A program made the translations under genes and the position numbers. A stretch of 64,000 nucleotides of DNA from Psilocybe cubensis (Eukaryota), in assembly GCA_017499595.2 (NCBI GenBank), contig CM039000.1, positions 2,418,001 through 2,482,000 on the forward strand, given 5' to 3'. Below, piece after piece: positions 36,100-49,336 of this stretch. How positions within the stretch are numbered: the stretch's first letter is position 1; each line of letters begins with the position of its first letter. The notes beneath the pieces are model-generated. The model saw nothing but the letters and a program-made list of their open reading frames with translations, was not told the origin of the DNA and ran no database searches.

Positions 36100-37761
36100 A
36101 TGAACCCTCTCAAAGGCACATATCTTTCCAGACGGTTGTCCTCTTTCTACCTTTCTGTGTCTGCTAGACATTCACGATGCAATTCTACGTCGGCTACTCC
36201 ACCTGCAGACGGACACTTGCCTTCGGTGGCATCATCTGAGATCCTCAGAACTAAGCGTGAGGCTGGTCTGCGTACTCCTGGAATTAAGTGGGCAGATGAA
36301 GATTCCTCTGCCCCGACGCGCATCATTGTTGGAGGTCGCGAAACGCGCAAGATGAACACATATCAGGCAATCCGAGATGCGATGAGCATTGCTCTAGCAA
36401 AGGACGAGAGCACCGTCGTTTTCGGAGAAGATGTTGCCTTTGGGGGTGTCTTTAGATGCACGATGGTCTGTTTTCATTCATTCATCGAGTAAAATTCGTA
36501 TGATTCACTATTTTTGTCCTTAGGGTCTTGCAGAGGAATTTGGTTCGTGTTCTGAATAGTGGAGCACCTCTGAGGAGCTGATATTCTGCACTTGAAGGCA
36601 AAGAACGTGTTTTTAATACCCCACTGACCGAACAAGGCATTGCAGGCTTTGGAATTGGCCTTGCACTGATGGGTCATACTGCCATTGCCGAAATACAGTT
36701 TGCGGATTACATACTGCCCGCTTTCGATCAGGTTCACTTTCAGTCATGGATTGACCATGAATAATTCTATCTCATCTTTGCATCTGTAATAGATTGTCAA
36801 TGAAGCTGCAAAGATCAGGTATCGCTCTGGTGGGGGCTATAACGCTGGTGGGCTCACTATTCGAACGCCCACCATGTCTGTGGTCAGTAATTGTACATTA
36901 ATAATCGTTTGTTGGGCTTAAAATGAAGTTACCAAGGGACATGGAGCTTTGTACCATTCACAATCACCGGAAGGTTTCTTTATGGGAGCATCTGGGCTAA
37001 AAGTGCGTATACCAATGCCATTAATCTCAGTCATATCTCATTATCACTTATCTAAGGTCGTAATTCCGCGCTCTCCTATACAAGCTAAAGGGCTTCTTTT
37101 AAGCTCTATCCGTGATCCCAATCCGGTTATCTTCATGGAGCCCAAAATTTTGTATCGTTCTGCTGGTATGAGTTTTTCTCTTTCCGGCATATTACAGTAC
37201 ACCTAATTTTCTGACAATCTGTGGTTCCAAGTCGAGCAAGTTCCCATCGATGATTATGAACTCCCCCTTGGAGAAGCGGAGGTACTCATTCCGGGATCTG
37301 ATTTAACCCTTTTGACTTGGGGAACTCCCGTGTACCATTGTGAAACCGCCCTTCACCTTCTGCAATCCCCGCCACCGGAATTGCAACCTGTCATTCCTGC
37401 TTCATTGCGTAGCGCCAACATTGAACTCATAGATTTGCGTTCCATTCTTCCCTGGGATGTTAAAACTGTGGCAGAAAGTGTTAGTAGAACTGGCCGTTTG
37501 GTCATTGTTCACGAGGCTGGTATGACGGCTGGAGTTGGTGCTGAGATAAGTGCAGAAATTCAGAAGAGGTGCTTCCTGAAATTGAATGCACCAGTGAGAA
37601 GAGTCACCGGATGGGAGTGAGTTCTATGGCCTGCTTCCATTCATGATGACAAGGGTCTGACTTCAATTCACAGCCTCCCTGTTGGGTTGCAATATGAGAA
37701 ATTTAACATTCCAGATGCCATTCGCATTCTCGATGCAGTTGTAGAGACCTTGGCTTACTAG
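36100..37761 (+). CDS. BCKDHB: Branched-chain 2-oxoacid dehydrogenase E1 beta subunit, mitochondrial
   Basis: Arg/Ser-rich presequence; [80 protein letters not shown]. Confidence 0.96.
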
Positions 37762-37873
37762 TATTGAGCTCCCTACAGGTCAAACGGTAGAACGAAGGTA
37801 GCACTTATTTCTAAATTCTGCACAACATTTCGGACAAGTTGGATTCGGATTGATCTCTCTTTATCCATATGTA

Positions 37874-39130
37874 TTACCACTTTCTTATAATCATACGCCA
37901 GCGATGCAGATACCCAGAACGTAATAAACCTGCCTCCCATAGCAACATCAATCTATCCTCGCGCCATCCTACCAGGCCAAACTGTTTGATATACGCTCTT
38001 CGCATTCCTCTGTCGTGAACGAGATTTTTCTCTCTTTCCCGCAGTTTCGATGCATGCTCATAGGATACGTTGATGATATCTTCGATTGTGACGAAATCCG
38101 TTGAAAACATTTCAACAACACTTTGCATTTTTACAAAAAGAGGTGTTGAGGTTCGGGTGGTCTTGTAGCCTTGCTTTTCGTTGGCAAGGTAGGGAAGAAA
38201 GGGCATAGAACAAAGCAAAAACTTTACAGTCAAGAAACCGATTCCCGAACGGAGACATGAAAATTCTAAAACCACCGGTAATTTTGGCAGAAGAGCATGT
38301 TGTATGCGGAAGGCTTGATTTGGAAGATGGGGAAATGGTATGAAGTCAAGGTCGATATGATGGCCATCGTAGGACGATAACTTAGACTGGGAAAACCCTG
38401 CATTTTCTGATATCAAGTAGGATCAGTTCAAAGATAGCGTATCCACGATACACCTACCTAGTACTTCTTGCTGTGTCTGTGTCTGTGTCTGATGGTTGGT
38501 GTAGTGTGTCAATTCGTTGAAACTTTCGGAGAACTAATCACAAAGGCTCACTGAAACAAAGGCAAGTCGTTGCCCTAAAATCCAGATTGTACTTTTTAAA
38601 ATCCACTGTGATGGTACATACAAGTCGATCTTGCATCCGTAAACCTGGAGCTTTCCTTGAAATAGATAAGGCAAGTCGCCTGAGTCCCGGAATTCCAAGT
38701 CACCGTTGCAAATGTGGTCAAGTAATGCGATTGTGTCAATTTCTATAAGACCGTGTTTCACCAGCTTGGAGGTTGCAAAAAATGAAGCAAAAGGAAGTGG
38801 CCATGCCACACAAACAGGCGTAAAAACCGCAGACAGGGCTTGAATAGACAGCGGAGATGCCTTCGGCTGTCGAGCAATATTGTTGGTCGACCAAATTGAC
38901 CAGACCAGCGGTATCCCTAGGAGCAAAACAAGCCAAGAACCAGAGAAACAGTATTTCAGAACAGTTGGACATTGTTCAATTGTTTGGTGCAGATGTTGAA
39001 TTGACTTCAAGGTGAGGACACTGTGATAGTCGATATTAGGAGAAAATTCAGATAGACTGTGCCTGATGTTTTGCAGATGTGACTGGACGAAAACCACGAT
39101 AGCGGCTATTGGGTCGATATCATGAGGCAT
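37874..39130 (-). CDS. Hypothetical protein with predicted transmembrane segment(s), no recognised family
   Basis: Two long ORFs (38534-39208, 37874-38416) joined through a short middle exon with GT-AG introns; ATG at 39130 (MPHDIDPIAA); hydrophobic WLVLLLGIPLVWSIW; fills the gap between BCKDHB and the RdRP. Confidence 0.6.
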
Positions 39131-39343
39131 GGTAAAAAAGAGCTTACCAAACACAACGGCGGCGGGAGCAGTGTCGCATATGCCATTGCGGCAGACACGG
39201 CCCGACACCTGTCGTGTTTTTGGAAAGCCCCTTTCTTGAGTTCGTTTTCAAGCTGCGTGCCACCCGGCACGTCTGTAATCGATCTTATCTGTGTATCCGG
39301 CTGCCCTTGAGCCCTCTAATAACTTCTTAACCTCAATCTTCCA

Positions 39344-42300
39344 ATGGATCTCAATATACGTTATGTTCCTCACGAAGTCAACGAATGGACAGTAACGCGT
39401 GCCGTTGCAGCTGTTCTTCATTCAGAAGATTTTGCACCAATCATTGAAGGCAGATTGATCAACTTTAGGGTCAAACTGAATGAGAACGTTGCAAGCGGTA
39501 TCAGGAATGATGGGACTGGCGTTTTAACGCTTCCTACTGAAGAAATTGGGTCCAAATTTCTCAGATATGTCTACGACGATCCCATCAAGATTGGCAAACA
39601 GAAGCTGAAATTCTTCAAGTCACCCAAACCTCCTCCAGAACACCTTTCAGTAACTTTGAGAAAAACCCCTTACGTTAATCCCGACATAGAAGAAGAACGC
39701 CAGGCAAAAGTATGGGCTCTTGACACCAAATTACGCGTCGACAAAATCCAATTTGGTATTTTTTATCAATCCGTCTATCCAGCGGGACAGAAAGTCAAAC
39801 CTGGACCTCGTTCCTTTTCTGTTGAATGGGAACGAGACTATACCAGGAACAGTTACGCCTGTCTACATTTTGAATACGACCACAAATTAATTCGTATCAC
39901 GGTAAGATAAAGTTTTCGACATTGTTCAAATATGTCTACTCATACATGATATTGATATAGCTAGGAAATCAACTGACAGAACAGTTTGGATGCAGTATTG
40001 CGGTTCACTTCTCTAGCATTCAAAAAGTTGGAGTTGGCTATGACGGAAACCCATGTAAGTTTTGTAACTCTTAATACATGCACCTCATCATTCAGCGATT
40101 TGTGCAGATATTTGTTTTGATACCCTCACACCTCCAGTTCTAGAAAGCGTTCAATTTCATCGTACGATGACAGGAGAATATCAAAGAGATAACCAAAAGT
40201 ATAAGCAACGGATCGGAGCGATCGATGATGCTCATATCAACGTTGCCCCATACGCACCTCAGCTCCGAATTGTCCTCTATAACCACCCAGACAAAGACCT
40301 TGTCAAAGAATTTACCAATATGTGCGAAATAGCCGGCCTATCTAAAAGCGTGGTTTTAAGGCTTGTTGGTCCCAACCAACAAATTGAAGCCAACAAAAAG
40401 AATTTTTTCTCTATTAAACGTATGCTAAAACTTCACAAAACTCTGGGAAATTTTGAATGGCCAGTCGCTTTCCAACTGGAAGCATTATTATACAACAACC
40501 TCATGCATACCGATGATCTTGACTCTCTAATACTTCAAATTCCATCGTTGATCGCAACCCATGGTGCCCCTTTCGTTGGCGACCTCTTACGCCGTTATCA
40601 TGATGAAATGAAGGATCGACCTCGCACAGAAAGCCCCAGTGATTGTTTTAAGAGGACTATGACTCGAACCAAAATTAATTTCAACGTACCCCGGGATTCT
40701 TTCCGTTGCCACCACGTAACATTCACACCTACTCGCATGATTTTAGAAGGCCCGTACCCGTCACAGTCTAACCGCGTTATTCGTCAATACCAAGGCTTCG
40801 AAGACCATTTCCTCCGTGTTGATTTCAGGGATGAAGACCGTTTACAATACCGTTGGGCTCGTGAAGTCAATGGGGCCTCTTTTCTTATATCACGGGTCGG
40901 CGGGATTCTCAAGCAAGGATTCGAACTTGCTGGACGAAGGTTTGAGTTTTTGGCGTATTCAAGCTCGGCTCTACGCGAGCATGCTGTTTGGTTCATGAAT
41001 CCATTCTATCATCCCCAGAGAGGCATGGTCGATGCTCATTTTATAAGAGAGTCTCTAGGTAATTTTGCCGGAACGGAATTGTTCAAACAGCCTTCCAAGT
41101 ATGCTGCACGCCTTGCCCAGGCATTTACAGCGACGGATCCATCGGTAGATATCCTGAGACATGAATGGGATGAAATGCCAGACATCGGCGAAAAGCCGTA
41201 CCTCTTCACTGACGGCGTGGGCACTATTTCAAGAGCGCTTGGCGACAGGATCTGGTCAAAATTGCGAGAGAACAAGCACAGCACTGGGAGCACCCTCAAA
41301 CCTTCCGCAGTATGTGTTGTTTAAATTCATAATATCCGTCTTGTTTAACCTTTGAGATAGTACCAAATCAGGTTCTTGGGATACAAAGGTGTTGTGGCGA
41401 TCGACGAAGAATTAGACAAAAATGAGAGCAGTATTCACATGCGCTTACGACCTTCGATGCGGAAATTTGAGGTCACAGATAACCAAGTTGCTCCCCTTGA
41501 GATCGCGCAAGCGTTTGAGCTCCCCAATACTTGTTATCTAAATCGGTAAACAAAATTATCTGGGAAAAATCATAACTAACATCGTTTAATTTTTATTAGC
41601 CCGCTTGTTATGGTGCTTGAAGATCTCGGGGTACGAAAGGAGGCGCTTCAAGACCTCCAAGATGATGCGGTCAGGGAAGCCAGGACAATTGATGATTCTA
41701 TTGGTCATTTCCGCGATGTGCTCAAGGCACATCATCTTGGATCAGCGTTTAGGCTGCGAGAAATTCTAACACGCCTTAAAGACAAGTACAATATGGACCT
41801 TCGCTCTGACGGTAAAACTATTGCGATGGATGATCCTTTCTTACGGCAGCTTCGCCAAGTTGCGATGAATGATATCCTTCGCGATATCAAACACAGTGCT
41901 AGAATTCCTGTGCCTCAAAGCTATCTCTTAGTAGGTGTAGCAGATGAAGGTCCAGCGTATGAGGCAGAAGGACGTGAAAACGTTTATTGCCTGGCCGAGG
42001 GCGAGATATATGGTAAGATCAGAATTAATTTCTTCAAACCCCTACTAAATGCCCTATTTCTCATTTCAGCCTGTATCCAGACGCGCACTGAAGAGCCAAT
42101 CTGGTTGACAGGAAATGTTAGTATTTCCAGAAGTCCAGTGGCACATCCAGGAGACAGTATGTTCGATGCTTTGTACTGAGTTTAACTTACTAATAAATAT
42201 TAAACTCTAGTACGACGCGTCAGGGCTATTGGTAAACCACCCCCCAACTGTTTCTTTGGCCACTTAAAAAATGTGGTCGTCATGCCTTCTAAAGGTACTG

Positions 42301-43712
42301 CAATATCAATGGTTGCATTATACACCAGCGTCAAGATTTGGCTGATGAAACGCCGCAGGTAGTCGTTCATTGGCATCATGTCTTGCTGGTGGAGATGTTG
42401 ATGGGTATATTATTTTACTCGTTGTCCCGACTGCATATGACTCGTTAACTTCGTTGCAGTGACCTCTATTCCATTATCTGTTATGATCCTGTGTTACCCA
42501 GAACTTTGGAGGAGCCTGCTTCTTATGAAGCACTGAAGCCATACACGCTACCTGAAAATCGTGATGTCCATGTGTCCGACATATGTGATTTTATAGTAGA
42601 ATACATCAATTCTGATCTTCTGGTGAGGCCTTTCCGTTCTTATTTCCTCCAGTGATTCATCACGGAAATTGATTTTTATCGTAGGGCCTTCTGTCTGATA
42701 GACTTCTTGTAATAGCTGGTAAGCAGATTATTATAAATTTGTAATTTTTCTTTTGAAGCAATTCAATTGATTATCATTTCCTGCTCTGACCGTATTACTA
42801 GATCAATCCATTGTAAGAGCTTGTCATCCACCGATTTTAATATGTTCTGAAATGCATGTAGGACGGTATCCGTGACCCCAATTGTATATATCTAGCAGAA
42901 CTATGCTCTCACGTAAGTCACGACCATAATTTTCTTACTCAAGGCGGTTCATTACTTGATTGAATATTTCTTAGGCAGTGGATTATCCAAAATCAGGATC
43001 TCCACCAGACTTGGATACCAATGAGCTCCCGAGGACACTCATCAGGTGCAAACCTGATTGGCATGCGGCTGAAGTGGTGTCTCCTAGGCCTACGGATTAT
43101 TACGAGTCAAGCAGAGCACTGGGTTACATGTACCGTTCAATCACACTCGACGAACTTCAACCTATTGTTCCCACTGGCCCTCCAATGAAAGCCTTTACGG
43201 ATCCTATATCACTGGCTCTTTTGGACAGTGTCAGACACTACCTTGGAGATTCGGCATTTATCAGCGATAATCCGCCATCCGAGATTGTGAAACTTTTCGG
43301 ACGTTATGCAGATGAACTGAAATACATTTCAGCAACACATACACTGTCAAACACTCCAGGAGCCCAACTATTGGAGGCAGAGGTCGTTATTGGCACCATT
43401 TTGGCCAAATGCTCTCAGAAACGGTGGAGAAAAGATAGGATATACCGGATGCGTCTACATGCAGAACATCTCGTCAGAGATGTTCAAAGAAGCCTGTCTG
43501 AAGCCGCCATTAAACGTGATTCAGACTACACTTACACGGACCTGATCACAGGTCTCGAACTTTCTTGGTTTGCTTGGGGATATAGCCGTCGATGCCGCTA
43601 TAATGAGCCAGGGTCTAACAGCTTTGGTCTCATTGCGTTGGGTATCATCTTTGATTGTCTAGACAAGTTAGACGAGTTAGAGGTTAAGGGTAGGCACGGA
43701 AGCCTGAGCTAA
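39344..43712 (+). CDS. Cellular RNA-dependent RNA polymerase (RNAi; QDE-1/SAD-1/Rdp1 family)
   Basis: N-terminal RRM-like region; VTFTPTR..LEGP..SNRVIR, FLRVDFRDE, FEFLAYSSSALRE, FTDGVGTIS, YQIRFLGYKG, LVGVADE, SRSPVAHPGD, catalytic GGDVDG|D, AVDYPKSG, YYESSRALG. Confidence 0.96.
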
Positions 43713-44042
43713 GCCTTACGCTAAGATCACAGTACCAAGGAATTTAAAGGGGAATTGGTGTAATTACTATCTGGTGCGACAATAGTACAATAATCGGGAA
43801 AGAAAAGATACATATTCAAATGGTTTGGTTTAACATAGGTGGCTTGAGGGTGAGAAAATCGCGGCAAGGTAAAGAGAACGTAGTGCATTAGATCAAATAC
43901 ACTTTGCAATTCTTACATACTCTTACATACGCTGTGGCAAGGTGATATACCATCCCAGCATGTCTCGCCCAAATGTTGCTACAAGAGAAGTTATATGATA
44001 TAAACATAAATATCGAGCAGCATGGTCTAACTAGAGCATTTG

Positions 44043-47000
44043 TCATCCAGGGTCGCTACCGTCAACAGACGCCTCTCGAACAAGCCAAGGGCGTTTAGAG
44101 ATGCTTGATGATTTCGTGGATGTAATCGGAGGGGGCGGGGGACTGTTCAAACTAGGCTGTGCACTCCGGGATCTCGACAAACTAGATCCCAAAAGGTTAT
44201 CCTCAACCACATGATAATTGGTATTATATGCTGCAAACTTGAAATAGGTTGAAGGAGGCCTGGAGCGGGAAGTGAAAGATATAGAAGAAACGTGCAGCAT
44301 TATTGCGAAATCTTCAGTGAAATTGGATAATTTGACCATGTTATGTTTTAATGCAGGCGGGATGAAATGAGAACTGCCGTGTGCTTTCAAAGCGTTTGAC
44401 AGATGAACAATTGTCTAGTATGATGTAAGTATGGGCTAGAATAACCATAACGGCGGGCTTACCTTCAAGAAAAGATGAGCATCCTCGCGAAGAAGCCTTA
44501 TGTCGACTTCGGCATACCCGTCTGACATATCTGATGCATGTCTCGACAATCGTCTGGTAACAGCACGAGCTCTTCCAAGCGTTTCCTTCAGTTCGTGATT
44601 TGAACGGATAACAGCAGACAGAGTTTCTTCAATCTGGTCCCATGCAGTCGGTGCAAGGTCGACAGCACCTTGAATAGCTCGTAGAACGTCCATATTAGCC
44701 GCTTGGTGTGAAGAGGGGTACTCCAAAGAGCTTGAATGCGATACGTGAGATGATTCGAACAGCGAGTTCTGAGAGGCATGACGAAGATGACGTGGTGTAT
44801 AGCTTGATGTAGACGGACCAGTATGTGAAGAAGTAGGATTAAAAGGGTAAGAAGAGGCACTTGACGATGGTGACGTGATTGGAGGGGCAGTTGCCTGCCG
44901 CTTTGGCGTTCTCAGCATCGGTGTGTGGGTCGCAAGCCCGCCCGACATATTCGGCACGATGTCGTAGGACGGAAGGTCCTTACCTATCTCAACATCCTTT
45001 GAACTAAACGAGCCAGCGTGACGTCGCGCAGTCCTGGCTCTTACCGCGCCGAAACCTGATTCAAGAGGCCGAAGCCGCGCAACTGCAGACGGTTCCTCTG
45101 AGTTAGTCCCAGCCATATCTGATCCCCCGCTAGTTATATAAGACGACCCGTTGGAGAAGATGCTCCCATATAGATATGGCTTGAGAGATTCGATTTCTGG
45201 AACGATGGCTTGCCATGCAAACGAAAGTTCAGCCGTTGTTGCATATAACTCCAAAATGAGCCACCGTATGTACCGGGGGTCATCTGTTAGGTCAAGGCCA
45301 ATCTGCAACACCAAAAGGCCGACAGCTTTGCGGAATGCAGTGACAGTATCTCGGCAGCATTCTACCAGTCCACGACAAACAGCAGGAGAGGGTACTGTTT
45401 TTTGACTAACATCATCAAATCGATCAAGAGAACGGATGAGATGGAGCATATTGACGTTGGCGGGATCAAGAACTTTTTTGAATATAGAAGAAAGACGTTC
45501 GTCCGCTCCTTGATGCACATAATGCTCCAATGTTTGATACAATTGACCCATTGCAAACAGAATCGTTCTCGCAGAATCGAGTAGACTTAGTAATGACTTC
45601 GGCAGATTCTGATTCATTACTATCATTGAAGAGCGATGAAAATATGAATTCCTTTCGGCAGTCACATATGGCGGAGTGACGGGCTCTGCGTGAAGTTCTG
45701 CTGGATACATGGATGATGGATAATTGTGCGGACTAGATGACGAGGCTGAGTCATGACGAATCGGAATGGGCGGAGGTAACTGCGAGTCGATGAACAGTTT
45801 CGACAGATTCGGGATGCGCGATGGTAACCTGTCTTCCGGTGAGGTCCCTGTTGATTTTGAGCTTTTTGGAAGTTTTCGAAGATCAGGCATGCTCTTCTTC
45901 CCCACGACGGATCCCTCTGATGATTTACGAAGAGTGCTTGCATAAGATGTGGTTCGATTGTGCGTTATGCCATCCTGTTCCGCGTGTCCATGATACAAAG
46001 TCGTTTCGACTGGGGATGATGCATAGAAATTGTCCAAGATAGCGTCTCTAGAAATGCCTGAAGAAGACGAGCCAAAATTGTCGGCATAATTTGGGCCATC
46101 TTTTAGTCTCAGTTTGATATGGCTTTGTTCTTCAACTCCGCTGCGGGAGGATTCAATGATTGAGGATATAGATGTATTCGAATCAATCGAAAATGACCTT
46201 GCATGGGGAGTTGGAGTTGCATCTGAATAATCATGAGCGGGGAATTGCCAGGGTCTATATAATATGTTGAGAACGTGTGTAACTCTAGGAGAGCAAACGA
46301 AGACAGACCGTTCATCTTCCCATTCAGGTCTCTCGCCATACCCAGAGTCGTCGTATTCCTTCCCCATCACACCATCTGATTCTATCCAATTAAAAAGACC
46401 TTGAATTGCATCCTTTCCGTTGGCGATGTCTTGAAGAGCAAAAGAATGAATTACAGCTCTGGGTGGCCATTCCATTGGGTTACGATCAATTTGAAAGACC
46501 TCGAGTTTCTTGAATTGGGTTATGTAGGAAGGAAGCCTCGTGATTTTGTTTCGAGACAATGAAAAGACCTTTGTTACGGGTTAGTAAATAGTATGTGTAT
46601 GCCGGGGTGGGCGCACCTGAAGTCGAGTCAAGTTTCCCGGATACGTGGGCAAGCTTTTGATTCTGTTGTGACTTAGATCTAAGGTATCGAGCGAAGGAAG
46701 AAGAGTTAACTAAGGGGCCATGCCACTTGTTACGATTGTTTAAAAGTGGTATAGTGAGTAGGTACGCACCACGTCCGGGAATGCGGTAAAACTATTGTGT
46801 TTCAGATTTAGGTATCGCAACTTGGTGAACAGAGCAAATTCTGGCGGAAGTGTTGTTAGACGATTATGCCCTAGAGCAAGCCTAAAAGGAGGCAATTAGG
46901 TGGGGGTATACGATTGAGGGGAAGGCCGCATGTCTCTTACCTCTCTACCAAAGACCCAGAGTTATGGCGGTCATACTGCCCTGCGTCAACAAGTTCTTTG

Positions 47001-47155
47001 GCTTCCCGCGAGCCAATTTCTGATACGGCCAACTTGGAAAGGATGATTGTAACACCATCGTCAGATGAGCGTTTCAAGGCATCGGTGATTTGGACAGAAC
47101 TGAGCGGTTTCGTGAATGTCGATGGTTTCCGGTCGTCGTCGTCCTGAGTCTGCAT
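44043..47155 (-). CDS. SOG2: RAM-network leucine-rich-repeat protein Sog2
   Basis: N-terminal LRRs ([45 protein letters not shown]); [54 protein letters not shown]. Confidence 0.9.
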
Positions 47156-47691
47156 TTAGCAAGGGCAACTAATTGAGAAAACGAGGTGGTGAAGTCGCAA
47201 ACGCAGGTCTTGCATCAACGTGCCCTACAGTGCGGCGCGGCGACCCTGTTCCACTTTAGCGGCCAGTAGCCCTATAGGTGATCCGTGAGTGAAGAGGCTC
47301 GGCTGGACAGAGCGTGCTTCTGACTAGATTCCCAACTAAACGATCAAACAAAAGAAATAACGAAGCTGCGCGTGTGTGTCGATAACAAAGGGATGGTAAC
47401 CCAAGCGTTACAGTCGTGGGGTGAAACCCAAAGATCAGCCTCAGTCCGAACTTGCAACAATTTACATTTGTTAGGCCACATAAAGTGGTAACAACCATCC
47501 CCAAGTGGCAATTTCCTAAACCACATAAGCACCTACATGACCTATGAAGTCTTCAAACCTCATTGACAAACAGACTCCAAAACAAGACAAGAAATTCCTT
47601 TGCTTTTACTGACACAACCATTTTTATAAAATTTTATTCAGGCTGGACAAATTGCTTGTGACTATATCTGCATTATATGCTCTGTCTAGAA

Positions 47692-49124
47692 CTAAAACCA
47701 TATCGAAAAGGAAAAACTGGTCGTTTCGCTTCTCATGGCATGCCACCAACCTGGAGGAAAAAAGAGAATGTCCCCAGGCCCCAGCGTAGCGGTCATAGAT
47801 ATCGGGGTGACATTTTTGTGAAAATCCGAAAAAACCATATCTTTTGGAGCGCCGCCAAATACGTCGACCGCTGAGGTGTTTCCCATGGATGGATTATTAT
47901 TCTTATCCATGGTTCGATGCGAGTTTGTATAACTCGACACGGGATGCATGAAGGGCGTAGCGGAGGGAGGGGCCAACCATACTGATTTGTAACCTACAAC
48001 TTGCACTGAAGAAGGATTGACACTTGAGCACAAAACGCGGATAAGTATCATACCATAGAAATTGTAATAAGGATCCTATATTGCATCGCCTCTGAATTGC
48101 GCCAACGCCAAATCATGTTTGTGATCACGTACCGTATGCGCGGGTGACATCGTTCCCTCAGGGCCCAGCCATGTATTAAACAGAAGGTTGTCTTCGCTGA
48201 CAGGTTGACGATATTGCGGGTAGTCTGAGGATGTTAGAGACGCGTATACATAATCCGGGATACAAATATCATCTCGAAGTGAAGGAAATTGTACGGTAAG
48301 ATCGTGTTGCGCCAAGTAAAAAATATCACCAGAGAAATCTGAGGTAGGTTGATCCTCGAGATTCAACGTCGACAAAAATTCGTCCCAAGGCATGATTTTT
48401 TGTTTCCAGTTCTCAGATCGATAATCATCACCTATCTCCACAGGTACGACACGCCCAGGGCCGGATATTGACCGAAGATAAGCTGCAGATCGCCAGGGCC
48501 GTTCTTCCATTGCGGGCCAATCGCGAGCATAATCGCGCAAAATAAAAGGTGATTTCGATGACACTAACTGGAAGGACAAAAAGGAGGGAGGAACGATGCT
48601 GGGAACTGTGTCTTCTTTGTAGTTGGTTTTGAAGTAGTCGCATTTCTGAACCGAAACGCCTGAGGCTCTAAACGCGGTCTCCTGACCTATTTTTGCTTGG
48701 ATACCACGAATCAAATGCAGAATGAGATCAAGTTTTCCAGGTGCTCCTGCGATGATGATGGCGTGGTCCAGCGACGAGATGGCTTCGTGGAACTGCAGTA
48801 AGTCACATAGTATAATAGCGCGAAGTATACAACAAATGGTATATATGTTGCGGAGTGTATTCAACTCGGTAGGCGAGGAAAGTCGCATGGAATTATGGGC
48901 AGTGTTCATGAGTTGCAGCAACTGGGCTGGCCAGGACTCATGGAAACGCCCTTGCGCCACGCCGGAAGCAACTTGGTCAAGCAATATGCAATCGTTATTT
49001 GCGCGAACTGAAGAGAGACAGAGTGAGCAGAAAAAGAGTTGGGACAAGGTAAAAGATGGACATATTTACATTGCAGATGTTGCAGTTCGTCTGCAAGAGA
49101 GGATGCGACGGAATGGGTTTGCAT
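47692..49124 (-). CDS. JmjC (cupin_8) Fe(II)/2-oxoglutarate oxygenase, JMJD5/KDM8-like
   Basis: LDHAIIIAGAPG, WPAM..PW, GPGRVVPVEIGDDY, YLAQHDL..QFPSLRDDI.IPDY, WLGPEGTMSPAHT|DPY (HxD), LGPGDILFFPPGWWHAMRS (distal His). First exon MQTHSVASS..LQ joins in frame. Confidence 0.9.
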
Positions 49125-49336
49125 TGATACTAGTGTCGAGAGAAGCGAAGGCGGAAATGAAGGAGAGAGGCTATATTTGGACAGCAGTGACTGTCACGGT
49201 GTTGAGTCACAGAACATGAGAGGAGATTTAAAGGCGAGCGCTCCTCTCTGAAAATCCCCCCGTAAACAACTCCAAATACACTCCGTCCTTTTAATCAAAG
49301 CCACCGATCGTTTCCGGCCCGGTTTGCCAGTCAGGC

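Noticed and set aside
35931..36119. In-frame upstream extension of the creC ORF overlapping the BCKDHB start
   Set aside because: The CreC-like sequence begins at MENDSTF (35930); the extension crosses the shared promoter and looks like a chance open frame.
38470..38492. (GTGTCT)n repeat
   Set aside because: Short coding microsatellite (QTQTQTQ) in the orphan gene; not a CRISPR or satellite array.
47160..47690. Possible ncRNA between JmjC and SOG2 (GGGATGGT...ACCATCCC inverted repeat)
   Set aside because: Only an 8-bp stem, with no tRNA, SRP, snRNA or snoRNA box pattern; consistent with the SOG2 promoter plus the JmjC 3' UTR.
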